From the human T2T-CHM13v2.0 reference genome, Homo sapiens, in NCBI RefSeq assembly GCF_009914755.1, contig NC_060926.1: a DNA stretch of 64,000 nucleotides. The stretch is one strand, 5' to 3'. The position numbers and the translations under genes are program-made. Shown piece by piece: positions 13,015 through 28,490 of this stretch; position 1 is the first letter of the stretch, and every line of letters starts with the position of its first letter. The notes beneath the pieces were generated by a model. The model was not told the origin of the DNA and ran no database searches. It saw nothing but the letters and a program-made list of their open reading frames with translations.

Positions 13015-13658
13015 ATAAGCATGGATATCAAGTAAACATTATGTGTGCACCTTGGGGTAACTGTTTTATAAAAGAATGTAGCAAAAAAAAAATCATTTCC
13101 ATAATTATATATGCAAGTATAAATTCATTATTTGGGCCCTTGTTTTTAAATATTTCCTAAGAGAGTAGCATAAGTTTGTAAAGAAATTTGCATGGTTGGA
13201 AAGAATATTTGAAAAGTACAGAAATAGAGGCAAACTGAAAAATGAATTAGAAAAAATAATGATATAACAACTTAGTTATTAGAATGTAATTGATTCCAAG
13301 AAACATGCTTGAAACCTGGGTAAGTGGAGCTCATCTGGGGAATCTGTTACTAAAACTCACTTGGGCAACATAACCAGCATTGAATAGAATTTCTGACTTG
13401 CCTCAGAGAACGTGATGTCTTCTCTCACTTACCAATTGTAAATTTCTTACTAAAATTGATAGCTTAAAAATAATTTACTGTTTTATTCCATCACATAATG
13501 GAATATTTAAATTTCAGGGCAGTCTTGACTTTTTAAGTTAAGAAATAACTTTGTGGTATCCGTCTGAGAGCTTAGAATATCTATAAGTCCCCAAACTGGG
13601 AGAAGGTATGTGTCCTCCACACCCATCAGGAGTTGTTGGTAAGTAGCTTCTGTGTGAG
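13015..13658 (+). repeat. Local direct duplication, copy B (blocks 13015-13293 and 13527-13658)
   Basis: Colinear match to copy A at offsets of about 1614 and 1595 bp. Confidence 0.9.
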
Positions 13659-14371
13659 GTGAGTGAGTGAGTGAGGCATAGGTAATTATGTATACCTTTT
13701 GAAATAACAGTTGCTAATAATTTATCCAGGTTCTTAGTATCAACCTCAAGCTCTGAATAGATATTAGTAAATCTATGATCCCTGATCCAGTCAGCCATTC
13801 AATTTTTGTTGTTGTTTTGCTTTATAAATATTTTTTTCATAGTTTCCACTCTACTTCTTTTCCTTCATTACTGAATGCCAAACTTAATTCAGAATTCCAT
13901 ACAATTTCTTTTTAAAATACCATCAAAGACTAATTCTCTGGAACGTGAGCTTTTATGGTCACACAGCACCGTAAAAATTAAGTTCACTGAAAAGTGTGAC
14001 TGAAGTTAGACTGAGTTTTACTGCAGCATTGCTGGATAAATGAATATTGAATGGAAATTTGCATAGGGAGAGAGATGTCATTTTCAGAAATTAGAGTTTT
14101 AAAATATGAAGCTTATTTTAAGGGAAGGATTATTTGTAGGTTTTGTGGTCATCAAGGGTACTGTTGCTTTTACTCTATCAATTAAAAACATGTCTATTCT
14201 TCAAGACGCATATAAGTTAAACTTCCAGAACCCTTCCCTAATCACATTAGCCATAATGATTTCTCTCCCTAATAAAATAAACTCTAGTGCGACTCTCTGA
14301 GTCACATGGATAAGTAGTATGTATATGCTTCTTTATTCCATTTATTTAAGTCTCATTTAATCAACAGAATT

Positions 14372-14482
14372 ATAATTGCTTCAAGGGCAGAGATCAGGCT
14401 TTATTTGGTTTTTCATATTCCTCCAGATGTTTAGACCAAGTGTCTGCCATATAAAAACTTCGTTGAAGGATTCACTGAATCA
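14372..14482 (+). mobile_element. L2 3' end
   Basis: gcttcaagggcagagatc...tgtctgccatataaaaac...tgaat typical L2 tail. Confidence 0.6.
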
Positions 14483-14777
14483 AACACCATGTTATTACTC
14501 AATTTGATAGCTGGATGCCCAGTGAGCAGTGAGAGATAGGGCCCTAAAGAGGAAAAAGATTTGTTTCTTAAGAGAACTGGACAAACAATTTGAGTCAATT
14601 CAGATCAAAGAGCATTTATTACCCAGACCACTGCCGGCCACATTGATCTCTTCTTTCTTTGAACTTCTGAGCACTCTTGTCTCTAACACTCAACAGAATG
14701 TTCAGTCATATACCCCCTTCTATTATGATTTGCTTGTTCTGAGTATGTTGGTCCTATTTCCTCTTTATTAGGTTGTG

Positions 14778-14848
14778 TTAAGTTGAACCAAATGATAATT
14801 CAACCATTTTGATGTACACAAATTGCAATATTGTGTAGTTCTGTATAA
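14778..14848. mobile_element. MADE2 (mariner MITE), degenerate, inside an L2 fragment
   Basis: ttaagttgaaccaaatga...ttcaaccattttgatgtacacaaattgcaatattgtgtagttc resembles the ~80-bp MADE2 consensus. Confidence 0.6.
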
Positions 14849-15314
14849 AATATGCTTTAGAGCAGGCTCTATATTTTGTTTACCAACCTTTTCCAGCTTA
14901 AGAGATTGGTGTAAAAAAAAAAAAGTTCTAAATACTTAATTGACTTCAACACAAAACAAGGGTCAAAGTGTGATAGAAATTATGCTTTATGATAAATAGT
15001 TTAAATGCCTTAATATGTATTAAGTTATGAATGCTTTATTGCTTTGTGCATTCAAAAATATATATGTATATAAACATTTTTCATTATTATTACATCTATG
15101 TCTCTATGTGATAATTAGCTTTGTTAAAAATGGAAGAATCTGGCATAGTTCATAAAATCTGAATATGTGGGATCTTATAACAAGTAAAAAAGTGCACATT
15201 CTCTCAGCCAAAGTGTGGAATTTAGTCATACTACAGTAGGTTTGATTCCAGGAAGTCTGCCATCTGAGCCAGGCAAGTCAGCGAACAAACTCCTTGGAGC
15301 ATATGGTCTGTCCA

Positions 15315-15475
15315 ATGTTCAATGATTTTCTGGAATGGAGATTTCACTTGCTGTGCTGATAATCTATTTTAGTGTCTAATTTCCCCGACCATCAAGAAAT
15401 TTCTCTTTATGTCTAGCAGAAATGTCTTAGTAAGATTTAAGTCCATTTTTTCTTATTTAGCCCTCTGTAAAGCTA
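15315..15475 (-). mobile_element. L3/CR1 LINE fragment
   Basis: ggaatggagatttcac...aatctattttagtgtct...aagaaatttctctttatgtcta...atttaagtccattttttctt matches antisense CR1 3' region. Confidence 0.7.
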
Positions 15476-16676
15476 TGTCACTATTGATCAACTCTTTCCG
15501 CCTCTCCCTTTGCTGCCTGAATGGTGAGAAGATTTAGGAACTGCCTTCTAGTTAACAAGCACTAAGGAACCTGCCTGTACCATCTGTGCTCATTTAATAC
15601 CTGCTTTAAAGAAATTTTAGTTTAAGAGAAAGAAAATGGGGGTTGTGTTTCAAAGCGATAGAAATAAAAATACCTATGTATTTGGTTCAAAATATTGGCC
15701 TTAGAAAGAATTGTTATTATAATTAGTGTCAATGGTGATAGACAACCTTTTTGCAACTGTCTCTGAGAAACGTCTGTGAAATATGTCCCAAAAACAGTCT
15801 GGTTACTGACTAACTGTCAAACACAGACTCAAATACCTGTAGCCCTTAAATATAATATTCTGCCTCATGAGCACTTGTGCTTTCTCTCTGAAATCTGTCA
15901 AACAACCTTCTACTCATTTCCTTCTTCCCCTTCGGTCTTCCTGACCCGACATGACATATCATTAAGGAATGGTTTAAGACTTCTCCATGAGAACTCTTCA
16001 CTCTTTTCTAATCTCCTTCTGCATTTGTAATTCAAGCTCCAGAATTTACATTAGCTGCAGGTTTAGTTTTTTTTTTTTTTTTTTTTTTTGACTTACATGA
16101 TTTAATCTCCTCTCCCCAGTTGTACTATAAAATCCTTAAGGGCAACAATGCACATTAATTGATTAATAGTCCCTGCCAAAGCCATTCTTCTTTTAGGTTC
16201 TTTAAAGGCAAAAAAAAAAAAAAAACAGAGTAAGTTCTGTATCGTAAAACAGACACATCAGAAATCATTGGTGATTTGGACTTAATATTATGAAACCAGC
16301 TGGACTTCTTCTAGACATACCACTGTTTGCTACTGGCCTCTCTTAACTCAACATTTTGAGCTGCTGATTTGTATCATCTAATTTGGCTAAGCAGCAGAGA
16401 GCCAATGATGGCATCCTAGATATGCCACCACAAGTTAGGCAATAAACAATGAAAAATGTTGAGTCTCTAAAGCCTGCCTCAGTCACACAGTTAACATGTT
16501 TTAAAACCCACCTTAACCAAACAGTGAGCATATTTTTTCGACATTTTCAGTATACCAAGGGAGAGTTTTTCTCCAACTAGCTATGGCTGTGCACCCAAAC
16601 TTCCCTGTTTTAATTCATTTTTCAACCAAAATCTACAAAGTGTTCTATATGACAGTATCAAAAAATAGAGATACAT

Positions 16677-16910
16677 TAGAGTGAGGATGTTAGGAGCAAG
16701 GGCTTCTGATCCAAACCATGGAGATCAGCTGTATTGCTTACTCACATTATGGACTTGGGCAGATTACTTAGTCTTTCTGAGCCTCGGTTTTCTTATCTCT
16801 AAAATGGGAATGATAATAACAACTGGGTTGTAAAAGTAAACTTTAATATATGTTAAGAAGTTACAATAATATGTGGTACTTAGCAAGTAGTATGTAAGCA
16901 TTAGCTTTTA
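16677..16910 (+). mobile_element. MIR SINE
   Basis: gacttgggcagattacttagtctttctgagcctcggttttcttatctctaaaatgggaatgataat core. Confidence 0.85.
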
Positions 16911-16999
16911 CTTATCTATTGGCAGTACTATAGTATTATTACATTTTAGTAATATTACTTTGTTTTATTAAATACATTACATTAAAATATTTTAAAACA

Positions 17000-17240
17000 G
17001 ACTTAAAAGACTCAGTGTATGCCCTGTGGGATAATTGGCCTGTATAACACAATGGACTGATTGAATATAAAGGGAACGTAGACAAAGTTCAATAGAGGCA
17101 GTGTAAGGAGTGCCTCAGTTGCTGAGGGAGTCAAGGGAGCTTCATAGAAAAGGGGACTTTGGAAGGAGGAAACATTTTTCACATTCAAAGTAAAAGGAAG
17201 CAATTTCTAGGCAGAGAGAACTTTTGTGCAACAAAATTGT
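17000..17240 (-). mobile_element. L2 fragment
   Basis: gagggagtcaagggagcttcatagaaaagg...tttctaggcagagagaac typical antisense L2. Confidence 0.55.
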
Positions 17241-19201
17241 ACTAATGACAACACATAGAGCTCAAATAAACCATTGAGAGGCAGTCTCTGGCCTCTGCAA
17301 GGTTACATGAGAAGATGAGACACATGACAACCATAGTAATAGACAGAATGTAATGAATTTCATGTGAGTACTGATAACCATGCAATTGTATTTATTCTTT
17401 ATTATCATTTCTTCCTTTTGTCAACTTTACATTGCAGATATTTCCTCCATTTACAATTTTTAAAGAGTTAGTTAGTGGCAGAATGAGAGCTATTCAACAG
17501 AAATTTATCTATGAACTTTGTGAAATTTACAGCAAAGTATGCTTATTTAAACAGGAATCTTGAAACTTTATTGAAGAGCCATTTCAGACATACACTAATG
17601 GAAGAGTAGATTTTGTAAGAGGAAAATTAAGGTTTGAGTGGTGGTGTTAGGTGCACAGTCCCCAAAAGCAGTACTTTGAAAAAGCTTCCAAGGCTGAGAA
17701 TCATTTTATTTAAGTGAACTTGTCTTCTTTTCTCCTAAATGCAACAAATCTGGAGTGGTTGTTTACGGTGGTTACTATATCATGCTTAATAAACATTATT
17801 TTTAATCATGATTAATAAACATTAATCACTCTAGTAGGAATTGCTAGTTTGAAGATTATGCCTGAAGTGTTTGCTTTATATATTCCTGTAAATAATCAAG
17901 ATAGAAAAAGAAATAATATTTTTTAAAAAGAAAGGGGGTCAGCAAAATTTGGAGAAACAGGTGTGTTATTTTTCTACCAATTATCTCAACCCTATTGACC
18001 TTTCTTCATTTTATCTATTCTGGTCCATTCTGTTTGCTTTTCATTCTCTGCTTGGATGTGTTTTTATTTCTGCTCTTTTGTTGGCTTTTGTCTCTTATAC
18101 CACTGAAGTTCAGAGCTTCCTGACTGTTTCTCCCACCCCTCTACAGGAGACTGAGTCCTCATACACAGAACTAAGTGAAAATACTAACCAAGTTTTCCAA
18201 ATAGCTTAAACAAATGCATTTACACATATGAACCATTCATAGATTGCTTCTGTTTTCTACTTTACTTGTAGCATCTGTCCTGTGAATATTGTCAGTCACA
18301 TTCCAGCCAACATCGTAATTATGCCCAAGAACATTCACTCCATTCAGGCAAACAATCAATTTAACCGACTTCTTCCCCTACTGACTTGACTGGTCAATGG
18401 GAGTGACAAGAATATTTGCCTCAGAATTTTATATAAACTGTCTTCGAATTTGTGTTTTTAAATCATGGCTTAGGCCACTTCTCTAATGCTTGTGCATCTG
18501 GTGCAGTTATTAAAGACTCTCTCTAAGAATGAGTGGCAGAGCAGCTTTAAAACAATTACAGGCATTTAAAAAGTAATTACCAGAGAATTCCACTGCAAAT
18601 GAAATATCTATTTTGACTACCATGAACAACTCTGTACAAACATTTCCCCCCCTCTCTGTCATAGGTGTGGCTATCCATTTCACAGAAGATTTAATTACAA
18701 ATTTGTCTTCCTTATCTTCTGGGCTCACACAGCTGCCTGAGAAAAACAGAAAGATTGCAGGTAGTGGTGGCAGAAGGGTTTGAGTATAGACAAGCAGAAA
18801 GTAAAAATTTAAAGTTAGGGGGAATTTTTTATTTTTATTAGACATAGATGATGTCTTGTAACCATTAACTTATAAGTGTATTAACAATTCATTAATAACC
18901 AATATATCCTCAGAGAAAAAGTTGATACATCAAAACATAAAGCTATTCCTTTTGTTGCTGTATATAAGTGTGTGTTTGTTTTCATTTTCTTTTTTCTTAT
19001 TGAAGTAGGTTATACTACCTTTCAGTACATCTCCTATAAATATGGGCACATATGTATAATATATCTGATTTATTTGCTGTTAAATATTAAATTCCATACT
19101 TCATACTATACTTTTGTGGAAGTTAAATTAAGGCATAGGATACTACACACTTCTTTAATTTATTTGAACGCCCTTCTCTAAGAATCCTAGAAGCCTCTTA
19201 G

Positions 19202-19830
<629 letters not shown>

Positions 19831-20459
19831 TCAGTCAAGATGAGGAAGGGCTGCATCATGAATTCATAAAGGCGTTGTGAGAAGGAACCATTCATTCTGG
19901 AAGATTTTGGCCTTAGAGGAGATGGAAGTTGGCACTTCTGCAGGGAATCAAATTGAATACTGACTGCATTCTTAATTATTCTTAGAGTTAGATGCTACTT
20001 AAGTCCACAATGGTGTCCACTGACTAAATTTTTGGCAGAAAAATTCCACCATTTCAGCTACAGAATAAAATATTGAATCCATCAAAGAGAACATTTAGTT
20101 GGAGGGAACAGAGGAGGAAGGGTAGAAGAAACAGTAAAGAAAGCTAAAACATCAACAGAAGTTAACCATTAAATACAGAAAGCAAACAATTTCCTAGTTT
20201 GGTACAATTTAAGTATAGAAAAGACAGCTAAATAATTTGACAAATTACGTACTTAAAGCCAAGAAGAAATCTAGATTTCCATTTATTTCCCCCGTCAGTG
20301 ACCCATGAGATGTTTATGTGGTTTAGCATAAACTAGTATTTTGTTCCTGTAGTAAAATTTGGGGAAATTTTACTATTTTGTAAGATTTTCCCCCCATTTG
20401 TCCTTACTAATAAAAATCATTTCAACTGCTATGTTGCTATGTTTTTCTTCTTTCCCCCT

Positions 20460-20855
20460 TGATATAGTTTGGATATTTCTCCTTGCCCAAATCTTGCATT
20501 GAAATGTAGTCTCTAACCTTGGAGATAGGTGTCTGATGGGAGGTGTTTGGGTCATGGGAGAGGATCCCTCATGGCTTGGTGCTGTCCTTGCAATACCAAG
20601 TGAGTACCCTGAAACCTGGTTGCTTGAGTGTGTCTCACCTCCCACTCCACTCTCTCTTGCTCCTGCTTCCACCATGTGATATGCAAGCTTCCACTTTGTC
20701 TTCTGTCATGAGTAAGAGCTCCCTGAGGCCCTCCAGAAGATGCTGGCACCATGCATGTACAGCCTTCACAACTGTGACCCAGTTAAACCTCTTTTCTTTA
20801 TAAATTATCCAGTCTCAGGTATTTCTTTATAGCAATGCAAGAACAGCCTATCACA
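20460..20855 (+). mobile_element. MSTB-like MaLR solo LTR
   Basis: tgatatagtttggatatt...ggatccctcatggcttggtgc...ctttatagcaatgcaagaacagcctatcaca; TSD cccct/cacct. Confidence 0.9.
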
Positions 20856-21559
20856 CACCTTTGGGCAGGCTAGTACTATACTCTTTGAGAATAAATTTTT
20901 CAGCAATGAATTATCTTAGTACAATAGCTAATGACTTATGAGAGAGAGTTTAGCATCACATAATACAGTAAAAAGTAATTGTAAAGTGGAAGACTAATGC
21001 CAAATATAAAAGATAGTTTGCTCTAATAATCACAGAAATGTATTTTATAATATCTCATCAAAACTAGGCAGAAAATTACCATATCCAATCAGTCAAATTG
21101 AAAGCCTGGCTCCTGTCTAAAAATTCCTTGTTTGGGGACCGCCTTCCATTCTTCTGAAACATGCAGGAGCATGCTTGTCATGAAAATGTAATGCTTCTCC
21201 TTGAAATGCTAATTCTTTTTGCCACTTTATCATCCCAGTGATCCTTCTAATGGATGTTTCATTAAAATAATGGCATTCTTTGTGGTGTTTGGAGAGATGA
21301 ACTCTTCTGAAATGGATAAAACTCTAAATCATTTCCAAATATCACAACACTGTGCTACAAGTCAGGCAATGGCACATGTGGTCAATTTATGCAGGAAAAC
21401 AATCAATAAGCAGGACTATTAATGCTTCTGTAGGTCTAGTATGGATCACCAGACCTGGATTACATATGGATTCTAATATTTTATGATCAAAATAAATTCA
21501 ATAAGCAATAGTTTCACATGATTCGTAGGGAGATTTTTTTTTACATTTATTTTCATGTA

Positions 21560-21738
21560 TTTAACTTACCATTAGCAGTTTATTGTAAATGATACAACTG
21601 AGGAATAGCCAAATGGAAGAGATGCAAAGTATAGTCAAAGAATGGGAGTAAGGAAGAAGTGTGGAACTTCTACGACCTCCGTGAGCACACCATCCTTGCA
21701 GTATCTTGATGTGTTCGTAAATCCAAAAACTCTAGAAC
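21560..21738. mobile_element. MER21-family LTR fragment
   Basis: gtttattgtaaatgatacaactgaggaatagccaaatggaagagatgca...gatgtgttcgtaaatccaaaaactctagaac. Confidence 0.7.
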
Positions 21739-21996
21739 ATCTTTAACATCTTTAAGCATAGCACTTGCTTATATTATGACATTTTAAATGTATGCTCATA
21801 TGATTAATGTATTTTAATTAATTTTTTAATCAGAATCTGTCACTAACTTCCATACATCTGCACTACGTACAGCTTCAACCTACATTTTGATTAACAGATA
21901 GTCAGTGTAACCTCTGAGTGCCTAAATTTCTGGACTGGTCCTTTTCCTTTCAGAAGGTATATGCCTCTTGCCTTTTATCCTGAAATATTACTTCTC

Positions 21997-24020
<2,024 letters not shown>

Positions 24021-24584
24021 TTTACAAAGAAGGACTAGCAAAATTAAATAATTGTCTGGGCATGAGATTCTTCCCTCTGTTCTTATTCCTCATGCTTTGT
24101 ATTGTCCTTCCAATAAAGGGTTCAGAAGTGCATCAGATATACATAACATTCATGCTATGAACATGAGGAGTATGGGAGAGGAGAAAAAACATTACTTAGT
24201 GTTGATGGTTTCTCCTGATAAGATAAAACACATAATGAGTATTTAATCCCAGAGTGAACATGGTGAGATGGGAGACACCCATTTGTGATTCCTATAGTTT
24301 GCCTCAGTTTCCATGTGTCTCCCAGAATGTGAACATCTTGCTATAACAGTATGTGATTCTACTATTTAACTACACATCTATCTTTCTATCTGGGAGGAAA
24401 ACCAATTAGAAACCCACTTCACCCATAACAAAATAAATACTTTTCTATTCCAATACATAGGAAATACTGTGTGGTCATAAATATTGAAGAATGGTATTCT
24501 GAATCCCAATTTAGCATGTCTTTGTGGGAGATTTAAGGGCTGTTCAAGAGTATTAGACTCTACGAATTTTCTCTGTTGCCTTGT

Positions 24585-24830
24585 AGTGATTATGTGTGTA
24601 AACTTTTCATGTCAGATGGATATGTAGTCAACACCTGGTTCTATTACAGACTAGCAGTTAAATAGAGAAAGTTATATAATCTCTGGCCTCCAGTTCTCTT
24701 ATCTGCAAAATGGAGATAATGGGGTTGTTGGGAAATTAAATAAAGTATTATTATGGGGAATAGTTCACTCAATAGATTCCACGAAGTACAGGGCTCTGCA
24801 ATGACAATGCATATAGTTATTAGTATTACT
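24585..24830 (+). mobile_element. MIR SINE
   Basis: aatctctggcctccagttctcttatctgcaaaatggagataat...gggttgttgggaaattaaataa. Confidence 0.7.
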
Positions 24831-25001
24831 ATTTTTATTTCTAATTATTTTGCTGTCCTGTATTTCTGACTTGGTACCCTTGAAACTCACTGAGCAATTC
24901 TCTTTTCTCTGGTCATCACTTTTCTGCAAAGCCCCATTATCCCAGAGTGGCAGTAATTTTCTCAGGTCTACTGAACGAAGTACTTTGATAATTATATTTA
25001 A

Positions 25002-25301
25002 TTAATTAATTAATTTTGAGACAGAATCTTGCTCTTTTGCCCAGGCTGGAGTGCAGTGGCATGATCTAAGGTCACTGCAACCTCTGCCTCACAGGGTTCA
25101 AGCAATTCTCCTGCCTCAGTCTCCCAAGTAGCTGGGACTAGAGGTACACACCACCACACCTGGATAATTTTTCTATTTTTTTAGTAGAGATGGGTTTTTG
25201 CCATGTTGGTCAGGCTGGTCTCAAACTCCTGGCCTCAAGTGTTCTACCCACCTCAGTCTCCCAAATTGCTGGGCTTAGAGGTGTGAGCCACTGTGCCTCG
25301 C
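25002..25301 (-). mobile_element. Alu (Sz/Jb-like) with (TTAA)n tail
   Basis: Full Alu body; 16-bp TSD tgataattatatttaa at 24986 and 25302. Confidence 0.95.
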
Positions 25302-25561
25302 TGATAATTATATTTAAATTCAAAGGGGAAACTTTGATTTTTATAGACATTAAGCATTTCTAACATTTAAAAGAAGTTCCTCTGTATATTCTTTATGTCA
25401 TATTCTCCATGGAAACTATTTTTATTTTTAAAATGATTTATTTCTAAAATCCTGAAAATAAAGGAATGAATAAAAACCCCATCATTAACTTTCTTATCCA
25501 TTAACCAACTAGAATATAAAATACATTTCACAATCATGTTGGGATTTGTATACTGTATTGA

Positions 25562-25972
<411 letters not shown>

Positions 25973-27534
25973 TAGAATAAGAACATTAATTTATTTCTCA
26001 TTTATAAAAGATTAATATGATTTCAAAACTTGAAATTTATGACTAAAAATAATAAATGGAAAAAGTCGTTTCTAGATTTGCATGTTTTCAAATTATAAAT
26101 TATAATTTTAAAGTTGGGTTATGGCCATTTAGAGAAGAATTGGTCACGTAAAGATGCTGTGTTCAATACTGCTCTAATAAGAGATTTATCTTGGATTCAT
26201 GTTCCTAAAATTAATGATTAATTAGTTTAATTTAGTATAATACCTCATGGAGGCCCTGTCCTCTGTTCTCAAATTTCTTCTTTTAAACAGCAGCTTTAGC
26301 ACAGGAAGAGCTATTTAAGATTCAGGTTCACGCAAATTCCCTATAGCAATCATCTTTTATTTGCAATATTTCTAGTGTACACATTAGTTACTTTCCTATT
26401 CCAGAGACATTTTGACATCTTAGCATTACCCATTGCTCAACATGTGAAATTAGCATAACATTTTTTTCATATCTTTTTGGGAAAGTCATCTTTCATCTAA
26501 AGATCGGGAATAATGAGCATTTAGTTGAATGACATTCTACCTTACAGTCCAAAATGAACCCAATTTGAAGGTCAATTTCTTCCTTTCTTTGTTAATAACA
26601 GAATAGCTCATTCAGTTTGTGGGCAGATCACTAATAGAATCTCAATTACAGTCCCTCCAATTGGTTCAAATTAGTAACATCTCATTTGCAAGAATCACCA
26701 CCTGCAGAGGAGTTGTCAGATGCCTCCATTCATGTTCATCAATTGTGCTGATGACCTGGTATTGCAAGGAAAAAGCAACTCCTGGGTAGATTCACAAGAA
26801 GTCTCATTCATCCACGTGCTAATTAAAATAGTTTCTTTAGTTGAACACCAGAAGTATTGAATAAAAATCTGTAAATACAGAGAGTGAAAGCTCCATTTTA
26901 AATATTCTTAAGGTACTTACCATTTTTTTATGCATAAAGACATACGGGTACAGTCAATGGGTACATACCCTTACTAAGAAACGCCCACCAGCAAAGATTG
27001 TGAACATGTGACTAAGCGGCCATCTATATTGAATCACATATTTTCAATTCTGGATTATGAGCTATATACACAGGCTGGTTGGGAATATTACACAGTGGTT
27101 GGAAATACCCATAGCAAGAGTAATAGCTATATTAATTATCAATGTGAAGTATCTTACAAAAGTAAACTGACATTGACGTTGAAACTAGCTGAGGAAGAAA
27201 GTAATGCCTATTTTACAAAGTATAGATAAGCAAGTGTTTATCATGTAAACAAGCCATAACTTCCTAGAGACTGGTAAGAATCACTTTCAGAAAAGTGAAG
27301 GGTAAGACAAAGTCAAACATCAGTAAATAAGCAAGATTTATGACTTCAGTGGAACCTGATTCCTTGGAAGTTAGTTAGGGAAGATAAGTACAAATAACTG
27401 GGAAGTAAAGAGTGCAGAAGGAAGAACAGCTTTTCCATGAATCATTTTCCTACACATCACTGTTCTCCATTGTGTCAATAAATATACTCAAAAATCAAAA
27501 CATTTGTTTTGCATCTCTACGGAATCAGCCTTGC

Positions 27535-27696
27535 CTAAGCTAAATGTGGTACCTGGACCAGCAGGAGAGTCTTCACCTGGGAGCTTCTTCAATATCCAGA
27601 ATCTCAGATCACACCCCAGACTGGCTGACTCAAACATGCAGCTTAACCAGATGCCCACATGATTCACATTCCCATAAAAGCCTGAGAGGCACAGGC
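27535..27696. mobile_element. MER5A/MER5A1 MITE
   Basis: atgtggtacctggaccagcag...cacctgggagctt...cagaatctcag...caccccagac...tgagaggcacagg. Confidence 0.8.
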
Positions 27697-28410
27697 CTAA
27701 GAAAACATTCAATTATAAAATGAAGTCACATCTGCCTTTTCACCCCCTTGTTTTGCTTATCCTTCTGTCTTCTTAGAATGCCCTCCTAATCATACTTTTA
27801 ATTCTGGATTGCATCTCTTACATGATGCCTGTATGAACCTATATGAACTTTAATTTACTGCTTCTTCTGCACTAATTTGTATTTATGGAATTTTTTAATT
27901 GAGAAAAAATGTGATGTTTATGTACATTTGTATCTTTAGCAGTTGGCACTGTGCTTGTTTTATAATCGGTGATTTATAAAATTTCATGGATTAGAAAATC
28001 CAGATGATTTGGAAATCAAGTAATGTAGTCAAATGTACAAATCAGTCACAAATAGATTATGACAAATGAAGAGGTCTACTGTAAAGCCAACTCAATCAAC
28101 ATTGAAATTTAGCAAAATTATATCATAATAATGATAATTGCTTTGTTTTTATTTGCATTACATATACATAACTGTTCACAGGTCTTTCAAATTGGCATAT
28201 GAACTAACAGCATAATTCTCACAAATTAGACAAAATTTGTATTTATTTACATAATCTGTATTTTGTATATTCAAGATACAAAGAAAATAATACTTTCAAA
28301 TAGACAAGTAAAGGTATATATGACCAAAATAGAAATTATTTGCACATACTTAAAACATTTTTTTGCTGCCTTTTCTTATTAGGTCTTCTAGGTAACTACT
28401 ACTGTAGTTA

Positions 28411-28490
28411 TTAGAATGGTGCAAAAGTAATTGTTGTTCTTGCCTTTGAAAGTAATGGCAAAAACGACAATTACTTTTGTGCCAACCTAA
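28411..28490. mobile_element. MADE1 (Hsmar1-derived 80-bp MITE), full length
   Basis: ttagaatggtgcaaaagtaattg...caattacttttgtgccaacctaa near-palindrome flanked by TA. Confidence 0.93.

Noticed and set aside
18510-18845. 111-aa minus-strand ORF in unique DNA
   Set aside because: No recognisable domain or coding-like composition; length is compatible with chance.
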